DNA of 64,000 nucleotides from Acidobacteria bacterium SCN 69-37 (GTDB taxonomy: Bacteria; Acidobacteriota; Vicinamibacteria; Vicinamibacterales; SCN-69-37): contig MEDJ01000009.1 in assembly GCA_001724025.1 (NCBI GenBank), positions 41,777 through 105,776 on the forward strand, in the 5' to 3' direction. Below, piece by piece: positions 38,726 through 50,968 of this stretch (position 1 is the first letter of the stretch; every line of letters starts with the position of its first letter). Below the pieces are notes generated by a model. It was not told where the DNA came from. It saw only the letters and a program-made list of their open reading frames with translations, and made no database searches. The position numbers and the translations under genes were made by a program.

Positions 38726-40531
38726 ATGCTCTGCCTCGCCGCGTCGTCGTCGCTGCACGCGCAGCGCGACGGCGCAGCAGTCCTGGCACCAACACCAGTC
38801 GACGCCACCATCGCCGGACGAATCGTCGCGGCGGCGTCCTCGGCGCCTGTGCCTGTGGCCCGCGCCATCGTGACGCTGTCGGGTGCCGGCATCGAGCACG
38901 CCGCCATTGCGGATGACGATGGCCGCTTCGTGTTCGCGGACCTGCCGGCCGGACGCTACGTGATTGGCGCGCGGAAGGTGGCCTGGATCGACACCGCGTA
39001 CGGCGCCACGCGCGCGGGTGGCGCCGGAACGCCTGTCGCGCTTGCCGGGGGCGAACGCCGCGAACTGACGATGACGATGGCACGCGGAGCCGCGATCAAG
39101 GGACGCCTCACGATGTCGACGGGCGTGCCGGCTACCCGCACCTCGGTGCGCGCCGTGCCTGCCGACGGGCGGCCGTCGCCGCGCGGTGTCGATCCGGCGA
39201 TCACCGACGATCGCGGCGTCTATCGAATCTACGGTCTGCCGCCGGGCGAGTACGTCGTCCAGGCCAGTCCTCCCGGCATACCCGCGATGATGCAGGCGCT
39301 GCTGCGCCCGTCGGCGCAGGAGGTCGACAACACATTCGCGCAACTGAACAGTCGCCACGCCGCGGCTCGAGCCGGCACGATTCGCTCCGCGGCCTCGCCT
39401 GTCCCGACGCCGGCGCGCCAGACCGTCTACGCGCCGGTCTTCTACCCGGGCACCTCGATCCGCGATCAGGCGGCCGTCGTCGCCGTGAGCGCCGGCGACG
39501 AACGTGCAGGCGTCGACTTCACCTTCTCTGCGACGGAAATGAGCCGCGTGGCCGGTCGCGTCGCTGGATCCGCCACGTCTTCTGCCGGCGCGCAGATCCG
39601 GCTGCAGGCACGCACGGGGGTCGCCGTCCAGAGCACCGCGGCGGCGACTGACGGCACGTTCGCGTTCGCCGCCGTCGCACCGGGCACCTACGAGGTAATC
39701 GCGCGGCTCGATCCTCATCGTCGTGTGCCGGGACCGAACGAACCGGCGATCGCCCGCGTCGGTCCCGTGACGGCCGCGGACGGTTCGAGTGCCGACACGC
39801 TCTGGGCCCGCAGCGACGTGGTCGCCAGCGGCCAGGACGTCGAGGGACTCGGCCTGACACTGCTGCCCGGCAGCGCCATGAGCGGACGCGTGCAGTTTGC
39901 GACGGATCGCGGTGCGCCCGTGCCTGCCGGCGTGTCCGTCCGCCTGACGCCCGTGGGCGTGCGGCAGATGCCTGTGGTCACGTCGAGCAGCTTCACGACC
40001 TTCCGTCAGACCGACGTTGCGCCCGACGGGCACTTCGATGCGGTGGGCGTGGCGCCCGGGACGTATCAACTGTCGCTGCTCCTGCCGCCTGCTCTGACGG
40101 CCGACGGCTGGTGGGCCCGATCGGCCGTGGCTGACGGCATCGATCTGCTCGACGTGACGACGGACATGACGCCGGGCGTCGACGTGCGGGATGTCGACGT
40201 GCGGCTCTCGCAGCAGCACGCCGCATTGACCGGCCGCCTACAGTTGCCCGATGGCCGGCCGGGCTCGGCGTACTTCATCATCGCGTTTTCCGCCGACCCG
40301 CGCGCCCGGCGTGTCGACGCCCGACGCACGCACGCCACGCGCCCGGCCGATGACGGCGTGTTCGTCCTGGATGACGTGCCGCCGGGCGATTACCTGCTCG
40401 CGGTCCTGTGGGACTTCGAGCCCGCGATGCTGCAGGCGCCCGGCTTCTTCGAGCAGGCCGCTGCGGTGGCGGTACCGTTCTCGCTCGCGGAGGGCGAACG
40501 ACGCGACCAGCGCTTCGAGATCGGACGATGA
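38726..40531 (+). CDS. Second secreted carboxypeptidase-regulatory-like repeat protein (paralogue of 36645..38528); start uncertain
   Basis: This uses the first ATG after the repeat element (MLCLAASSSLHAQ…). The same module pattern is present (IAGRIV…ARAIVTLSG…DDDGRFVFADLPAGRYVIGARK). The upstream part of the track ORF is translated repeat sequence. Confidence 0.65.
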   Translation: MLCLAASSSLHAQRDGAAVLAPTPVDATIAGRIVAAASSAPVPVARAIVTLSGAGIEHAAIADDDGRFVFADLPAGRYVIGARKVAWIDTAYGATRAGGAGTPVALAGGERRELTMTMARGAAIKGRLTMSTGVPATRTSVRAVPADGRPSPRGVDPAITDDRGVYRIYGLPPGEYVVQASPPGIPAMMQALLRPSAQEVDNTFAQLNSRHAAARAGTIRSAASPVPTPARQTVYAPVFYPGTSIRDQAAVVAVSAGDERAGVDFTFSATEMSRVAGRVAGSATSSAGAQIRLQARTGVAVQSTAAATDGTFAFAAVAPGTYEVIARLDPHRRVPGPNEPAIARVGPVTAADGSSADTLWARSDVVASGQDVEGLGLTLLPGSAMSGRVQFATDRGAPVPAGVSVRLTPVGVRQMPVVTSSSFTTFRQTDVAPDGHFDAVGVAPGTYQLSLLLPPALTADGWWARSAVADGIDLLDVTTDMTPGVDVRDVDVRLSQQHAALTGRLQLPDGRPGSAYFIIAFSADPRARRVDARRTHATRPADDGVFVLDDVPPGDYLLAVLWDFEPAMLQAPGFFEQAAAVAVPFSLAEGERRDQRFEIGR

Positions 40532-40678
40532 CCGCGGCCTCACCGTCGCGTACACGACTCCGCTGACGCCGATGACACGCGCTGCGCTTCGACGGTACGC
40601 GTGCGTGGCTCTGACAGCCGGGACGATGCTGTGGGGAGCCTGCTCGCATGCGCGCGACACTGTTTCAGCAACCTGCTG

Positions 40679-40721
40679 GACGCCGATGACCTTTGCCAGT
40701 TCCTTGACCGCGGCGGCCGAC
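40679..40721. repeat. 43-bp duplicate (1 mismatch) of the 3' end of mdh; left flank of the vapBC cassette
   Basis: GACGCCGATGACCTTTGCCAGTTCCTTGACCGCGGCGGCCGAC compared with 41569-41611. Its minus-strand translation …[14 protein letters not shown] equals the Mdh C-terminus. Confidence 0.85.
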
Positions 40722-40782
40722 CTGTCCGGCCTGGCCGGCCGGGCGCCTTGACGCCCCACCGGGAAAGCATCATGATGCCGGC

Positions 40783-41046
40783 ATGCGGACCACCTTGACG
40801 CTCGATCCAGACGTCGCTCGACTCCTTGAAGAGGAGGTGCATCGCCAGCGGAAGCCCTTCAAGCATGTCGTCAATGACGCGATCCGCAAGGGCCTGGCGT
40901 CGGGTGCGAAGCGGACCGGCCGACCGTACCGGGTCCGGCCACACAAGACGACGCTTCGCCCCGGCATCGACGCCCACGCGTTCAACCGACTCGCTGACGA
41001 ACTCGAGGAAGAAGCCTCTCTGCTCAGGATGCGCTTGGACCGATGA
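40783..41046 (+). CDS. vapB: Type II antitoxin (VapB-like)
   Basis: 87 aa (MRTTLTLDPDVARLLEEEVHRQRKPFKHVVNDAIRKGL…). A 4-nt overlap with the PIN toxin gene. Confidence 0.75.
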   Translation: MRTTLTLDPDVARLLEEEVHRQRKPFKHVVNDAIRKGLASGAKRTGRPYRVRPHKTTLRPGIDAHAFNRLADELEEEASLLRMRLDR

Positions 41047-41471
41047 TCGTCCCCGATATCAACCTGCTGCTGTACGCCGAAATCGACGCCCATCCCCTGC
41101 ATGCGGTCGCGCGCCGCTGGTGGGAGGCCGCGCTCAGCGATGACAGGCAGGTCGGACTTGCCCCGGTGTGCCTGTTCGGCTTCCTGCGGCTCAGCACGAG
41201 CCGACACGTCTTCACGGATCCGCTGGACGTCGGCCAGGCTGTCGAACGCGTGGAACGCTGGCTCGAACAGCCGAACGTCGTGACGCTCTCGCCGGGACCG
41301 GCGCACCTCCACACCGCGTTTCGGCTCCTCCGACAACTCGGGACAGCGGCCAATCTCACAACAGACGTGCAGGTCGCGGCGCACGCTATCGAGGTGAACG
41401 GCGATGTGTATTCGAACGACGGCGACTTTGCGCGATTCGACGGCCTTCGCTGGGTGAATCCGCTGCGCTGA
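41043..41471 (+). CDS. vapC: PIN-domain toxin (VapC-like ribonuclease)
   Basis: 142 aa: MIVPDINLLLYA (Asp near the N-terminus), …TTDVQVAAHAIEVNGDVYSNDGDFARF. Confidence 0.85.
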   Translation: MIVPDINLLLYAEIDAHPLHAVARRWWEAALSDDRQVGLAPVCLFGFLRLSTSRHVFTDPLDVGQAVERVERWLEQPNVVTLSPGPAHLHTAFRLLRQLGTAANLTTDVQVAAHAIEVNGDVYSNDGDFARFDGLRWVNPLR

Positions 41472-41496
41472 CCCGAGGCCGGTCCTCACAAACGAC

Positions 41497-41521
41497 AACG
41501 CCCGGCACAGGGCCGGGCGTT
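41497..41521. terminator. Hairpin AACGCCCGGC-ACAGG-GCCGGGCGTT after vapC
   Basis: Perfect 10-bp stem, followed by a T-rich stretch (GCTTCGATCTTCT). Confidence 0.5.
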
Positions 41522-41541
41522 GCTTCGATCTTCTGGCTTGA

Positions 41542-41565
41542 GAGCCTGCGCTCTCCAGCAGGCTC
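41542..41565 (-). terminator. Hairpin GAGCCTGC-N8-GCAGGCTC immediately after the mdh stop
   Basis: Perfect 8-bp stem that abuts the mdh stop codon (41566-41568). Confidence 0.4.
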
Positions 41566-42507
41566 CTAGACGCCGATGACCTTCGCCAGTTCCTTGACCG
41601 CGGCGGCCGACTTGGCCAGGGCGGCCTGTTCGTCGGCCGTCAGCGTGATCTGGATCACCTGCTCCGCGCCGCCCTTGCCGAGCTTCACGGGCACGCCGAG
41701 GAACTGATCGTTCACGCCGTATTCGCCCGTCAGGAACACCGAGCACGGGACGATCAGCTTCTTGTCCTTGAGGATGGCCTCGACCATCACGGCCGCCGAG
41801 GCGCCCGGCGCGTACCAGGCGCTCGTGCCCACGAGCTTCGTGATCTCCGCCCCGCCGTTCGCCGTGCGCGTGACGATGGCGTCGAGCCGTTCCTGCGAGA
41901 GGTAGCCGAGCGTCACCATCTCGGTCAGCGGGATGCCGGCGACCGTCGAGTAGCGCGGCAGCGGCACCATCGTGTCGCCGTGTCCGCCGAGCACGAACGC
42001 GTGGACGTTCTCGACCGACACCTGGAGTTCTTCGGCGATGAACGCGCGGAACCGCGCCGAGTCGAGCACGCCGGCCATGCCGACCACGCGCTCGCGCGGG
42101 AAGCCGCTGATCCGGTAGACCGCCTGCGCCATCGCGTCGAGCGGGTTGGCCACCGGCACGATGATCGCGTTCGGCGAATACTTCACCACCTGCTCGGTCA
42201 CCGTCTGCATGATCTTGTAGTTGACCTGCAGCAGGTCGTCGCGGCTCATGCCCGGCTTGCGCGGCACGCCCGACGTGATGACGACGACATCCGAGTCCGC
42301 GGTGGCCGCGTAATCCGACGTGCCGAGGAGCCGCGTATCCGATCCGTCGATCGGACACGACTGGAAGATGTCGAGCGCGATGCCCGCGGCCTTCTCGGCG
42401 TTGATGTCGACGATGACGACGTCGGCGAGTTCCTTGATGGCGACGGCGCGGGCAACAGTGGCGCCGACGTTGCCGGCGCCTCCCACCACGGTGACTTTGC
42501 GATTCAT
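41566..42507 (-). CDS. mdh: Malate dehydrogenase (LDH-like family)
   Basis: 313 aa: [14 protein letters not shown]…[18 protein letters not shown]…GGHGD.MVP. Confidence 0.9.
   Translation of the reverse strand: MNRKVTVVGGAGNVGATVARAVAIKELADVVIVDINAEKAAGIALDIFQSCPIDGSDTRLLGTSDYAATADSDVVVITSGVPRKPGMSRDDLLQVNYKIMQTVTEQVVKYSPNAIIVPVANPLDAMAQAVYRISGFPRERVVGMAGVLDSARFRAFIAEELQVSVENVHAFVLGGHGDTMVPLPRYSTVAGIPLTEMVTLGYLSQERLDAIVTRTANGGAEITKLVGTSAWYAPGASAAVMVEAILKDKKLIVPCSVFLTGEYGVNDQFLGVPVKLGKGGAEQVIQITLTADEQAALAKSAAAVKELAKVIGV
41569..41611. repeat. Partner of the 43-bp direct repeat (inside the functional mdh 3' end)
   Basis: See 40679-40721. It begins right after the mdh stop codon. Confidence 0.85.
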
Positions 42508-42561
42508 GACGTTCTCTCTCCTGTTGGGACGCAGGGGCTGACGCCCCTGCGCTCCGACGAA

Positions 42562-43785
<1,224 letters not shown>

Positions 43786-44092
43786 GCTGCTGTCGTCACC
43801 CTTCTCGCGCGCACTGTTTCCGCGCATCGCTGTGGTTTAGGTCACGTCCCTGACCGCGTTACGAGTTCTTCACAGAATCTGTGGAAAACCGTGTTGAAAA
43901 GTGGGTGCCGCAGGGCCGATTCCCGAGGGATTCTGGCCGTTGCTGCGCTTTGCACCAAGTTGGTGCGAACCACCCCACCGAGCGAACGGCACATTATACC
44001 GGCCGGGGCCGTCGCGCGTCCGCGTCCTGTCGGGAAACCGGCGTCACGTCGCGATTGGCGGCACGAATGCCCTGCTGGGCGTCGGTCAGACG

Positions 44093-44641
44093 TCAGCGCA
44101 GTGTCAGACGTGTCGAGACTCCGGTGCCCTGATGAACGAGCGTCACCTCGTCGGCCGTGACGGCCTCGACAACGACGAGGCCGAGTGATTCGCCCGCCGC
44201 TCGCACTTGTACGAGATCCGCCGCGTCGAGGAGCGCAGCGCGATACGTGGGGGCATCCGCCCCACCGGTCGCCAGGATGGCGACGAGCACGGGCCACGCC
44301 ACTACCGGTTCCGCTGCGGACTCCGTCTCCCGTACCAACCGGGCCTCGTCACCAACGGACGATGCCGGGGCGCGTCCCGGGTGTGGCCGTGCATCGGCGA
44401 ACTGGAACGGATCGCGGCGCGGCGCGTCCGCGCGCGCAGGCGCGGCGAGCCTGTCGCGCAGACGGTCGACTTCGCGATCGATGGCCTCGAGTTCCGGCAG
44501 CGCGGCCAGCGGGGCGATGGTCTCGGCCGGCGCTGGCGGCGAGGCCTGCGACGCGGGCGACGAAGACAGCGTCCCGCCCACGCGCAGTGCCACGATCAGG
44601 GCACCGAGCAGGAGCAGCAGGCGGGGAGAGACGCGGGACAT
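44093..44641 (-). CDS. Secreted hypothetical protein with a PilP/GspC-like C-terminal beta domain (tentative)
   Basis: 182 aa with a signal-anchor MSRVSPRLLLLLGALIVALRV, a Pro/Ala-rich linker, and the C-terminus …YRAALLDAADLVQVRAAGESLGLVVVEAVTADEVTLVHQG…. Confidence 0.5.
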   Translation of the reverse strand: MSRVSPRLLLLLGALIVALRVGGTLSSSPASQASPPAPAETIAPLAALPELEAIDREVDRLRDRLAAPARADAPRRDPFQFADARPHPGRAPASSVGDEARLVRETESAAEPVVAWPVLVAILATGGADAPTYRAALLDAADLVQVRAAGESLGLVVVEAVTADEVTLVHQGTGVSTRLTLR

Positions 44642-44731
44642 AGCGGCGACAGGGGGAATCGTAGGCTACACGGCGGCGGGCGGCAAGGCGACGGGCCGAC
44701 ACGGCGGCGGGCGGCTGGCGGCACGGCGGTC

Positions 44732-44818
44732 GAGCTTCGGAGCCCTGGCGCGGCGGCCGAGCATCGGAGCCCTGGGGCCGCGGCCGGGTTTCGGAGCCCT
44801 GGGGCTTCAGCCCCAGGG
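44732..44818. repeat. Variant member of the hairpin family: tandem ~27-nt units ending in CCCTGGGGC-TTCA-GCCCCAGGG (44797-44818)
   Basis: The units GAGCTTCGGAGCCCTGGCGCGGCGGCC, GAGCATCGGAGCCCTGGGGCCGCGGCC and GGGTTTCGGAGCCCTGGGGCTTCAGCCCCAGGG lie in a divergent intergenic region. Confidence 0.65.
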
Positions 44819-44832
44819 AGACACACATCCCT

Positions 44833-47320
<2,488 letters not shown>

Positions 47321-47321
47321 C

Positions 47322-48161
47322 GTGCTGACTCTGGCCCCGGTCCGGGAGGTCGCCGTCGGCGACGCAGTGGTCTTCGGGCGCTCACCGCTCGTGCTCGTGG
47401 CCGGCCCGTGCGTGATCGAGAGCGAGGCGCACGCCCTCGAGCTCGGCCGCACGATTGCCGCCGCCGCCAGTGCCGCGGGACTCCCCTACATCTTCAAGGC
47501 GTCGTTCGACAAGGCGAACCGCACGTCACTCACGTCGTACCGTGGCCCCGGCCTCGACGAGGGCGTCGCCATCCTCGGCCGGCTCCGACGGGCGCTCGGC
47601 GTGCCCGTGCTGACCGATATCCACGAGCCCGCGCAGGCCGCCCGCGTGGCCGACGTCGCCGACGTCATCCAGATCCCGGCCTTCCTCTCGCGCCAGACGG
47701 ACCTGCTGGTCGAGGCCGCGCGCACGGGGCGCGTGGTCAACATCAAGAAGGGTCAGTTCCTCGCGCCGAACGACATGCGGCACGCGATCCAGAAAGTCCG
47801 CGCGTCGGGCAACGATCGGATCACGCTGACCGAACGCGGGTTCTCGTTCGGCTACAACAACCTGGTAGTGGACATGCGCGCGTTCCCGATGATGCGCGAA
47901 CTCGGCGTGCCCGTCATCTTCGACGTCACGCACAGCCTGCAGCTGCCGGGCGCGGGCAACGGCGTGACCGCCGGCCTCTCGCAGTACATCGAGCCGCTGG
48001 CCAGCGCGGGCGTGGGTGCCGGCGTCGACGGCGTGTTCCTCGAGGTGCACGACAATCCCGCACAGGCCAAGAGCGACGGCCCCAACGCGCTGCCGCTCGA
48101 CAGGCTCCCGGCGCTGCTCGATCACCTGGTGCGCGTCAACGCCGTGGTGAAGGGACGGTAG
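47322..48161 (+). CDS. kdsA: 2-dehydro-3-deoxyphosphooctonate aldolase (KDO-8-P synthase)
   Basis: 279 aa: LVAGPCVIESE…YIFKASFDKANRTS..SYRGPG…IQIPAFLSRQTDL…NIKKGQF. Confidence 0.9.
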   Translation: MLTLAPVREVAVGDAVVFGRSPLVLVAGPCVIESEAHALELGRTIAAAASAAGLPYIFKASFDKANRTSLTSYRGPGLDEGVAILGRLRRALGVPVLTDIHEPAQAARVADVADVIQIPAFLSRQTDLLVEAARTGRVVNIKKGQFLAPNDMRHAIQKVRASGNDRITLTERGFSFGYNNLVVDMRAFPMMRELGVPVIFDVTHSLQLPGAGNGVTAGLSQYIEPLASAGVGAGVDGVFLEVHDNPAQAKSDGPNALPLDRLPALLDHLVRVNAVVKGR

Positions 48162-48167
48162 TCACCG

Positions 48168-49151
48168 ATGGACGCCCCATCGTCATCCCCGTTCGACGCC
48201 CAGGACTTCGCGCGCCGTGTGCTCCGGACCGAGGCCGACGCGATCCTCGGGCTGATTCCGACCATCGACGCCCGGTTCGATCGCGCGCTCGACCTGCTGC
48301 AGCACGGCACGGGCCGGGTCGTCGTGACGGGCATGGGCAAGTCCGGCATCATCGCGCACAAGCTGGCGGCCACGTTCTCGAGCACCGGCACGCCGGCGAT
48401 GTTCCTGCACGCGGCCGAGGCCGTGCACGGCGATCTCGGCATGGTGCAGGCCGATGACGTCGTCGTCGCCCTGTCGTACAGCGGCGAGACCGAGGAACTG
48501 CTCCGCCTGCTCGAAGCGATCCGCCGCATCGGCGCGCGCCTGATCGCCCTGACCGGCGCGCCCGAGTCGACGCTCGGCACGGCCGCCGACGTGACGCTCG
48601 CCTGCGCGGTCACGGAAGAAGCCTGCCCCATGAACCTGGCGCCGACAGCCAGCACCACGGCCACGCTCGCGATGGGGGATGCCCTGGCTATGGCGCTGGC
48701 GCAGCGCAAGGGCTTCCAGGCCGAGCACTTCGCCCACCTCCACCCGGGCGGACGGCTCGGGCGACGCCTGATGCGCGTCGATACGGCGATGCACGCCGGC
48801 GACGCCCTGCCGACCGTGGGCCGCGACGCGGGGATGGCGGACGTCATCCAGGAAATCTCCAGCAAGCGCCTCGGCATGACCTGCGTCGTCGATGACGAGG
48901 GCAGACTGATCGGCGTGGTGACCGATGGCGACCTGCGACGTCACCTGACCGCGCGGATGGACCTGCTCGCCCACCGCGCCTCGGACGTGATGACACCGCA
49001 GCCGGTGAGCATCCAGACCGGCACGCTCGCCGTCGAGGCGCTGCACCTGATGGAAGCGCGCAAGATCACCGCCGTCGTCGTGGTCGACGCCGAGCACGTC
49101 GTCCGCGGCGTCATTCACCTGCACGACCTGTGGCGCACGCAGATGGTCTGA
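48168..49151 (+). CDS. kdsD: Arabinose-5-phosphate isomerase (SIS plus tandem CBS domains)
   Basis: 327 aa: VVVTGMGKSGIIA.K.AAT.SSTGTPA.FLH.AEA.HGDLG…, and C-terminal CBS repeats. Confidence 0.9.
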   Translation: MDAPSSSPFDAQDFARRVLRTEADAILGLIPTIDARFDRALDLLQHGTGRVVVTGMGKSGIIAHKLAATFSSTGTPAMFLHAAEAVHGDLGMVQADDVVVALSYSGETEELLRLLEAIRRIGARLIALTGAPESTLGTAADVTLACAVTEEACPMNLAPTASTTATLAMGDALAMALAQRKGFQAEHFAHLHPGGRLGRRLMRVDTAMHAGDALPTVGRDAGMADVIQEISSKRLGMTCVVDDEGRLIGVVTDGDLRRHLTARMDLLAHRASDVMTPQPVSIQTGTLAVEALHLMEARKITAVVVVDAEHVVRGVIHLHDLWRTQMV

Positions 49152-49177
49152 CGCGCGCCAGACGTTTCCGAGTCCCG

Positions 49178-49723
49178 ATGCCCCTCCCTGCCGACCAGAT
49201 TCCCGAACGGGCGCGCCGCGTCCGGTTGATCCTCCTCGACGTCGATGGCGTACTCACCGACGGCACCGTCGACATCCACGGCGCCGGCGGCGAGTCGAAG
49301 CCGTTCTTCATCCGCGACGGCCTCGGCATGGTGTGGGCCCGGCGCGTGGGGATCGAGGTCGGGCTGCTGAGCGGCCGGCCGTCAGAGGCCACCACGCGCC
49401 GCGCGGCAGAACTCGGGCTGCGCATTGTCTCGCAGGGCGGCCACGACAAGCGCGAAGCGTTCGCGACGCTGCTGGCCACGCACGGCTTCACCACCGGCGA
49501 CGTCGCATACATGGGCGACGACCTCGTCGACCTGCCCGTGCTCGGCCAGGTGGGGCTGTCGACGGCTCCGGCCGACGCGGTGGAGGACGTGCGATCGCGG
49601 GTGCACTGGGTCAGTCGCCACCCGGGCGGACGCGGCGCGGTCCGCGAACTCGTCGAGCTCGTGCTGTCGGCGCAGGGGCGCTGGGCTGATATCGTGGACG
49701 AACATCTGGTCCGGGAATCGTGA
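49178..49723 (+). CDS. kdsC: KDO-8-phosphate phosphatase (HAD-IIIA); an alternative GTG start lies at 49130
   Basis: LILLDVDGVLTDG…F..RDG.G…G…GLLSGR…HDK…GDD..D. Confidence 0.8.
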   Translation: MPLPADQIPERARRVRLILLDVDGVLTDGTVDIHGAGGESKPFFIRDGLGMVWARRVGIEVGLLSGRPSEATTRRAAELGLRIVSQGGHDKREAFATLLATHGFTTGDVAYMGDDLVDLPVLGQVGLSTAPADAVEDVRSRVHWVSRHPGGRGAVRELVELVLSAQGRWADIVDEHLVRES

Positions 49724-50958
49724 TGCAGGGGTACGGCATCGTCCTGATTGGCCTCCTGGCCTTGTTGATCGGTCTGACCGCCGGCAAGGCGTGGGAGCGC
49801 TACAAGCTCGTCGAGGGACGCTGGGTCGACAGGCGGCGCGTCCGCCAGTCGCCCCACTTCATCCTCGGTCTCAATCACCTGGTCGCCGGCCAGGTCGACC
49901 TCGCCATCGACGAACTCGAGCGGGCGGCCAAACTCGATCCGGGTGCGCTCGAATTACGCCTGGTGCTCGGCAACCTGCATCGCGAGAAGGGCCAGGTCGG
50001 CCGCGCGATCCAGGAACACCAGGCGCTCCTGCAGCGACCGCGCCTGAACAAGATCGAACACGCGAACGTCCTGCTGTGCCTCGGCCTCGACTACCGCCGC
50101 GGCGGGTTCGTCGACCGGGCAGTTGCTGCGTTCCAGGACGTGCTGAAGCTGGATCCGGACAACGAGGCCGCGCTCGTCAACCTCGAGAAACTCCAGGAAG
50201 ATCAACACCAGTGGCAGGAGGCGTACGTGACGCGGCGCCGCCTCGCCCGGATTGCCGGTCCGCCCGATCAGCCGAATTCCCAGCTCATCCTGGCCTTCCT
50301 CGAAAACGAGCTCGGCCTGCAGGCGCTCAAGGAAGGGCGGCTCGACGATGCGATCGCGCGCTTCGAGGCGGCGATCGACCTCGACTCGCGGGTCGTTCCG
50401 GCGTATCTGCACCTCGGCGATGCCCAGCACCAGCGCGGGGATCTCGCGGCGGCCACGGCCACGTGGGAGCGCGCCATTGCCGTGGCGCCCGATCGCGCGT
50501 ACCTCTCGCTCGCACGCCTGGAAGAGACGTACGACACGCTCGGGCAGCCCGATCGCTTCGCCGAACGCTGTCGCGCGCTGACCGCGGCGTCTCCGCGCGA
50601 GTGGCGTGCCCGCGTCGCCCTGGCCCGGCACCTGACGCACGGTGGCGAACCGAGCCTGGCGCTGGAGTTGCTGTTCGACGCACTCGAACACAACCCGCAC
50701 GCGATCGCGATCCACCAGGCGATCTGGGCCACGCTCTCGCTGCTCGACCTGCCGAAGCAGCTCGTTGCCCGCTACATCGACATCACGCGCCAGTCGGTCT
50801 TCTATCTCGACCCGCACGTGTGCCTGCGCTGCCGCTACCGCAGCACGGAGCTGATCTGGCAGTGCCCGCACTGCCACGAATGGAACACGTTCGTCGAGGA
50901 GCGGATCACGCCGGCCACCGATACCGAGGCCGAAATCCCGGCAGCGCTGGTGCAGTAG
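49720..50958 (+). CDS. lapB: LPS assembly protein LapB/YciM-like (N-terminal TM, TPR repeats, C-terminal rubredoxin-type zinc finger); ATG at 49723
   Basis: 412 aa with TPR-like repeats, then CLRCRYRSTELIWQCPHCHEWNTF. Confidence 0.8.
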   Translation: MMQGYGIVLIGLLALLIGLTAGKAWERYKLVEGRWVDRRRVRQSPHFILGLNHLVAGQVDLAIDELERAAKLDPGALELRLVLGNLHREKGQVGRAIQEHQALLQRPRLNKIEHANVLLCLGLDYRRGGFVDRAVAAFQDVLKLDPDNEAALVNLEKLQEDQHQWQEAYVTRRRLARIAGPPDQPNSQLILAFLENELGLQALKEGRLDDAIARFEAAIDLDSRVVPAYLHLGDAQHQRGDLAAATATWERAIAVAPDRAYLSLARLEETYDTLGQPDRFAERCRALTAASPREWRARVALARHLTHGGEPSLALELLFDALEHNPHAIAIHQAIWATLSLLDLPKQLVARYIDITRQSVFYLDPHVCLRCRYRSTELIWQCPHCHEWNTFVEERITPATDTEAEIPAALVQ

Positions 50959-50968
50959 GAACGGCGCC

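Noticed and set aside
36312-40219. ORFs 36312..37463 (-), 38085..39083 (-) and 38381..40219 (-) opposite the carboxypeptidase-regulatory-like genes
   Set aside because: They have Arg-rich shadow composition. The plus-strand frames show repeated, sensible beta-sandwich domain patterns.
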